Shown in pieces: positions 26,512 to 30,898 of a stretch of 30,898 nt of DNA. The translations under genes were made by a program, and so were the position numbers. The stretch is from assembly GCA_045617225.1 (NCBI GenBank), contig JAZLIC010000099.1, positions 1 to 30,898 on the forward strand. Direction: 5' to 3'. The DNA is from Clostridia bacterium (GTDB lineage Bacteria > Bacillota > Clostridia > Monoglobales > Monoglobaceae). The notes below the pieces were generated by a model that saw only the letters and a program-made list of their open reading frames with translations, had not been told where the DNA came from and did no database searches. Each line of letters starts with the position of its first letter. Positions within the stretch are counted from its first letter, which is position 1.

Positions 26512-27243
26512 TTATTTTTCGCAAAATCTTTCTATTATGCTATGATTTGCAAGTGCTTCAAGCTCGTCATTAAGGGGTGCAAGATATCCAAAGCCATCAT
26601 ACTTTCTATTCATTGCACGTGTCAAGATAAAGTCACAAAGCTCCGGATTTTTAGGGAGCAGAGGCCCATATAAATAAGTTGCAATCACATTCTTATAAAG
26701 TACACCCTCATATCCGCCGTCACCCATATTTCCACCGCCGCAGATAACCTTGCCAAGTGGTGTATGCTCGCCGATAAAGGTTTGACTCCGGTGATTTTCA
26801 AAGCCTACGATTTTACTGCTAAAATCATCATTTTCCAAAACAACATTTCCGCTTAAACGCTTTTTGCCCGGCTCGGTATATATATTAAGGATATCAAGAG
26901 CCTGAACTGTCTTATCCCCTGTTTTATAGTATCTGCCGAGCATAGGATAGCCGCCGCAGGTTGCAATAAGAGCGCCGCCGCTTTCCACATATTTTTTAAA
27001 TTCTTCCTTTTGGGGCATAAGTTGATTCAGAGCTATCTCCTCTTCGCTTTCATCGCCGCCGCCCAGGAAAATTATATCCGCATTTTCTAAATCAAGTGTC
27101 GGATTTTCCATTGTACATTCAATCACATTTGCCTGAATTCCGCGCCATTCAAGGCGTTTTTTAAGGGCATAGATATTCCCTTTATCGCCGTAAAGGTTTA
27201 AAATATCAGGATAAAGATGTATAATATTAAGCTCTTGCATCAT
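26512..27243 (-). CDS. gatD: GatD (CobQ-like class I glutamine amidotransferase subunit) with degenerate active site
   Basis: LYPDILNLYGDKGN, FLGGG, CGGY, GFENH, GPLLPKNP. Overlaps the end of murT. Catalytic His position reads Tyr. Confidence 0.9.
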   Translation of the reverse strand: MMQELNIIHLYPDILNLYGDKGNIYALKKRLEWRGIQANVIECTMENPTLDLENADIIFLGGGDESEEEIALNQLMPQKEEFKKYVESGGALIATCGGYPMLGRYYKTGDKTVQALDILNIYTEPGKKRLSGNVVLENDDFSSKIVGFENHRSQTFIGEHTPLGKVICGGGNMGDGGYEGVLYKNVIATYLYGPLLPKNPELCDFILTRAMNRKYDGFGYLAPLNDELEALANHSIIERFCEK

Positions 27244-28588
27244 TCTTCGGCTCCTCTAATCTACGATTTTTTTGTTCCTTTTGAATTTCCAACATAAGCT
27301 TTTGTGTCGGAAATACAGCGGTATAATTTGCCAGAACATAGCAAACCTCAGCTTCGCTTTCCATAGCCTTGTTTATTGCACTGCGCATATTTTTGGTCAC
27401 ATGACTTACGGGAATATCGAAATACTTAAACCTGAGTGCCAAATCGTAAAGTCTGTCGCCTGATACCGAAAGGGTATTTAAGGTACCGTCACTTAACTTT
27501 TCAAAATCAACATCCCAAATCCAAGACACATCTCTGCCGTCATTCTCGGTATCGTTTATTGCCAAAATTATATCCTTTCTGCGCTTGTCCAATTCTACCG
27601 TCTGAATAGCCTGATTAAAGCCGGCAGGGTTTTTGGCAAGGTTTAAAATAAAAGGCTTTCCTAAATCAATAAGCTCCATACGACCAATCTGCGGCTTATA
27701 ATCACTTAAAATCTCATTGATATCATTTATCTTTATATCCATAACTTTAAGTGTGGAATAGAGTGCCAAAATATTATAGATATTATAAAAGCCACGGTAA
27801 TTTACTGCGATATTATCGGAATTCACTCTAAAACGCATAACTTCCGTAAGGTCAACATTATCTGCCGCAAAGTCAAGATTCGGCCGCTTATTTCCGCAAG
27901 CAGGACAATAGTAGTCCCCAAGTTGATTGTAATGCAGATAATTATACTCCTGTGGGTTACCGCACTTGATACAGAAACGGCCCTCAGGTGATTTTTCCAA
28001 ATCGGGTAAAACCTTTTCATTTACGCCAAAGTAGTGTGCATCTCTACCCTCACCAAGCGTAGAACTGATTGGGTCGTCGCCGTTTAGCACAAGCTTAATG
28101 CCCGGAACTTTCCTGATGGCTTCATCAATAAGCTGCAATGTCATTTCAATTTTGCCATATCTGTCAAGCTGGTCACGGAAAAGATTTGTAACAACCATAC
28201 AGGTCGGCGTAAGGTGGTCAAAAACATATCTTGCGTATGCTTCATCAACCTCAAACACACCATAGTCAGCTTTAAACTTACCAAGCAGATTACATTCCTG
28301 AATAAACGCAGTTGCAACACCGCTTGTCATATTTGCGCCTATACTGTTGCAAACCGTTTTAAATCCGCTTTTTTTAAGAGTAGTATTTATAAGGTTATTA
28401 GTCGTGGTTTTTCCGTTTGTTCCGCAAACTATAATAATCCCCTTTTCAATCTCCTTTGACATATCACGGATTAAATCAGGATAAATCTTCATAGCAAGTA
28501 CGCCCGGTGTGGCGGTGGACATCTTTCCCATTAACAAACCTACAAAGCTTGCAAGCTTTGCCACCCAGACTGCAACTAATCTTTTCAT
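27227..28588 (-). CDS. murT: MurT, lipid II isoglutaminyl synthase ligase subunit
   Basis: GTNGKTTT, FEVDE, TNLFRDQLDRYG, Cys4 zinc finger (CIKC...CPAC), LAKNPAG, NDTENDGRDVSWIWDVDFE. Confidence 0.93.
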   Translation of the reverse strand: MKRLVAVWVAKLASFVGLLMGKMSTATPGVLAMKIYPDLIRDMSKEIEKGIIIVCGTNGKTTTNNLINTTLKKSGFKTVCNSIGANMTSGVATAFIQECNLLGKFKADYGVFEVDEAYARYVFDHLTPTCMVVTNLFRDQLDRYGKIEMTLQLIDEAIRKVPGIKLVLNGDDPISSTLGEGRDAHYFGVNEKVLPDLEKSPEGRFCIKCGNPQEYNYLHYNQLGDYYCPACGNKRPNLDFAADNVDLTEVMRFRVNSDNIAVNYRGFYNIYNILALYSTLKVMDIKINDINEILSDYKPQIGRMELIDLGKPFILNLAKNPAGFNQAIQTVELDKRRKDIILAINDTENDGRDVSWIWDVDFEKLSDGTLNTLSVSGDRLYDLALRFKYFDIPVSHVTKNMRSAINKAMESEAEVCYVLANYTAVFPTQKLMLEIQKEQKNRRLEEPKNDARA

Positions 28589-28618
28589 TTTATCTGCCCC
28601 TCTCGTATAACTATTACT

Positions 28619-28647
28619 ATTATATACGCTCTCTTATATATTTTCAA
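28619..28647 (-). promoter_or_regulatory. sigma-A promoter for murT-gatD
   Basis: Minus strand TTGAAA-17 bp-TATAAT. Confidence 0.72.
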
Positions 28648-28684
28648 GGGGTTTATAAAAATTAAATTTACATTTTTTCACATT

Positions 28685-29866
28685 TTAATTTATCAAAAAA
28701 TCTGCCAAACACTCGGAAAATCGCTCTGCGCCGTTTACAGCTTCGCTTAAACTGTTTCCACTCGTTCCTACCTCGACGATTATGCTCGCCCTTGTGGTAT
28801 GTCCGTTAAAGCGTTCCTTACGCAGATTTATATAACGCATAAGCTTCGGATAGCGTTTGTTTATGGCATTTTGGAGCTTTATGGCAAACTTCATATTCTC
28901 CTGCCAATTCGGGTGGTACAGACCGCCCTCATCAGTTCCTACCACAAACATAAGCTGAGCGGTCTGCTCTCCGTCAATTTCCGTCACCGTCTTTGCCTTT
29001 GTACCGTCATCATAAACTATGGAGTCCCTGTGGATATCAAGCACCATTTGTATTGACGGATATTTTTCAAGGTATTCTTCCACCGTTTTAAGCGAGCTTG
29101 CATACGCACCGTTAAAAGACGGTTGGTCATGAATTTTGTCACTGTGCAAGGTTTCTATTCCCCTGTTGTTTAAGCTCTCGGCTATAACATTTCCTATCTT
29201 TACAACATTTACATTTGGGTCGTTTGAGCGGTCACTTTCCTCCCTGTTATACACCTCTGCTCCCTCGGGGGAATAGGCTTCCGTAGTATGTGTATGTACT
29301 ATCAAAATTTTAGGTCCATCTCCGTCAAAATTGAGGTTTAAGGGCGATACCAGCATTTCACCGATGTTTATAGGATATGAGGTCTGATTACCTATGGTAA
29401 TTTTTGCGGTATCACTATCCTTTGGCGACGCATCTATTGCTTTGATATCGCCCAAATTCTCCGCATCAATGTTTTTTTGTGCTTCGGTTGCAGTCGGTAC
29501 AGGCACTGTATTATCCCCTCTTTCGGCTAAGGAAAGGCGTACCAATCCGCTCTCGCTTATTGTCCGAAGGGCCGGCATTTGTGAGGACAAAATATCACAC
29601 ACATTAAATGGGTTAAAAGATACCAATATTTTTTGTGTTTCGGTTGCCACACGCTTTGCGCCTCTTTTAATTTGAGAAGGGCGTCCTTCCGAGGCTCCGA
29701 TTACAGGAAGTGTCTGCTTCATAATCTCTATGGGCAGGTCGGTCGAATTATATCCTCCGATAATATTACTGCCCAAAATTATTACTGATACACATAACAA
29801 TAAAATAATAGCATTACGCTTAACTTTTCTGCCGTTTATAACAACGGTCTTATATCTCTTTCGCAT
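28685..29866 (-). CDS. spoIIP: Stage II sporulation protein P (amidase/endopeptidase)
   Basis: N-terminal TM segment, ILIVHTHTTEAY, LDIHRDS, VGTD and IIVEVG motifs. Confidence 0.92.
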   Translation of the reverse strand: MRKRYKTVVINGRKVKRNAIILLLCVSVIILGSNIIGGYNSTDLPIEIMKQTLPVIGASEGRPSQIKRGAKRVATETQKILVSFNPFNVCDILSSQMPALRTISESGLVRLSLAERGDNTVPVPTATEAQKNIDAENLGDIKAIDASPKDSDTAKITIGNQTSYPINIGEMLVSPLNLNFDGDGPKILIVHTHTTEAYSPEGAEVYNREESDRSNDPNVNVVKIGNVIAESLNNRGIETLHSDKIHDQPSFNGAYASSLKTVEEYLEKYPSIQMVLDIHRDSIVYDDGTKAKTVTEIDGEQTAQLMFVVGTDEGGLYHPNWQENMKFAIKLQNAINKRYPKLMRYINLRKERFNGHTTRASIIVEVGTSGNSLSEAVNGAERFSECLADFLIN

Positions 29867-29970
29867 ATACTTCCTCCGAGCTTGTCTTGGGCAGAGGGAA
29901 GCAATATAAGCACGCTTTAACCTAAGTTAAAGTTCTTCGGATTACTTTCGTCTGCTTAAAGTGATATAAA

Positions 29971-29999
29971 AATATATGCGTCAAAATTTTTATTTATGC
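29971..29999 (-). promoter_or_regulatory. Candidate sigma-E promoter for spoIIP, overlapping the amidase stop codon
   Basis: Minus strand gcATA-16 bp-CATATATT. Confidence 0.45.
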
Positions 30000-30820
30000 A
30001 TATCATATATTCCTGCTCTGTCATTTATAACAAGTATTCTAAGCAGGTCATCAGTCAGGGCGAGTCCGCTTCCGTCACCTTTTAAATAACCTTTATCGCA
30101 TAACTTTTTAACTGTATCATACGCCCAACTCGGTAAGTTTTCGTCAATATAGTTATACAGGACAGGGTTTTTAAGATTTGCTACATCTGTTGCTAAAATT
30201 TTTACGGTTTCGGTAATGTTTTTAAGTTCGTTCTTTAAATCCATATTATCATCTCCTTTAAAATCCATATTCAAATATGTTAGTATACCCTTGGCAATAC
30301 CTGTGGCAATCCTTTGTCTGCCCTCTTGACTTCCCAATACCTTTGCATCATCCAGGTTGTCTATAAATGCAGTTTCAACCAAAACGGACGGCATATTTGT
30401 ATGCTTTAAAACATATAGGGCAGGGTTAATTTTTACCCCTCTGTCAAAGAGTTCCGTTTCCGAAATCAAGTTACTCTGCACAAGCTTTGCAAGCTTATAT
30501 CCGGGAGAAATACCTCCGGAATAGCAATATGTTTCCGCTCCCCGGCCCCCTCCTGCATTACAATGGATTGATACAAACAAGTCTGCACCGCCATTATTCG
30601 CAAGGCGAACACGAGTGGCTAAACTGTTACTTACAGAGCCGTTTGAAATATTTTCATTTAATGAATTTCTGGACAATATAACTTCTAAATTATTTGCCGA
30701 TAAAATTGTTTTAAGCTTATCCGCAATATAATAAGTTATGTCCTGTTCCCTAAGTCCGTTGCCTGTTGCACCTGTATCACTGCCGCTGTAATTATGACCT
30801 GCATCAATAAATACTTTCAT
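29990..30820 (-). CDS. N-acetylmuramoyl-L-alanine amidase (Amidase_3), no signal peptide, endolysin-like C-terminus
   Basis: Zn motifs DAGH, REQD, SIHCNA, LVETAF. The protein starts directly with the catalytic domain. C-terminal module NLPSWAYDTVKKLCDKGYLKG...LLRILVINDRAG. Confidence 0.92.
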   Translation of the reverse strand: MKVFIDAGHNYSGSDTGATGNGLREQDITYYIADKLKTILSANNLEVILSRNSLNENISNGSVSNSLATRVRLANNGGADLFVSIHCNAGGGRGAETYCYSGGISPGYKLAKLVQSNLISETELFDRGVKINPALYVLKHTNMPSVLVETAFIDNLDDAKVLGSQEGRQRIATGIAKGILTYLNMDFKGDDNMDLKNELKNITETVKILATDVANLKNPVLYNYIDENLPSWAYDTVKKLCDKGYLKGDGSGLALTDDLLRILVINDRAGIYDMHK

Positions 30821-30898
30821 AAAATCCTCCTTTAAATATTTTTATCGGTCCGATGATACAAAGATAGCATTAAGAAAGTGACAAAACGTGCCATAAGG

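Noticed and set aside
1-30898. CRISPR arrays, tRNA/rRNA genes, IS transposases, known riboswitches
   Set aside because: No regularly spaced repeats, cloverleafs, transposase motifs or recognisable riboswitch cores were seen in any intergenic region.

Overview
A mostly housekeeping window from a spore-forming Clostridia-class Firmicute (inferred from bofA, spoIIP, SLH domains and gene content). Gene order: thiI (partial) and its cysteine desulfurase (-); mutS2, recJ, rel, MBL-fold hydrolase, hemZ (+); rpoC, rpoB (-); SLH-anchored phosphodiester glycosidase (+); a two-gene tail-spike-like protein plus holin cassette (-); membrane protein, rsmE (-); atypical histidine-kinase-like ATPase, TatD-linked radical SAM, bofA (+); gatD, murT, spoIIP, amidase (-). 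I found no transposase, integrase, CRISPR array, tRNA or rRNA. Best leads: (1) a ~122-bp structured intergenic element present twice in inverted orientation (4293-4415, 10418-10538), with compensatory changes between the copies; (2) an orphan tail-spike plus holin cassette with a phage-type amidase about 7 kb from the cassette, possibly a domesticated export system; (3) a GatD whose catalytic His and glutamine-binding Gln are replaced, next to an intact MurT; (4) face-to-face promoters for rpoBC and the SLH gene; (5) hemZ with no canonical start codon before its conserved N-terminal motif. All family assignments come from motif recognition by eye. No searches were run.
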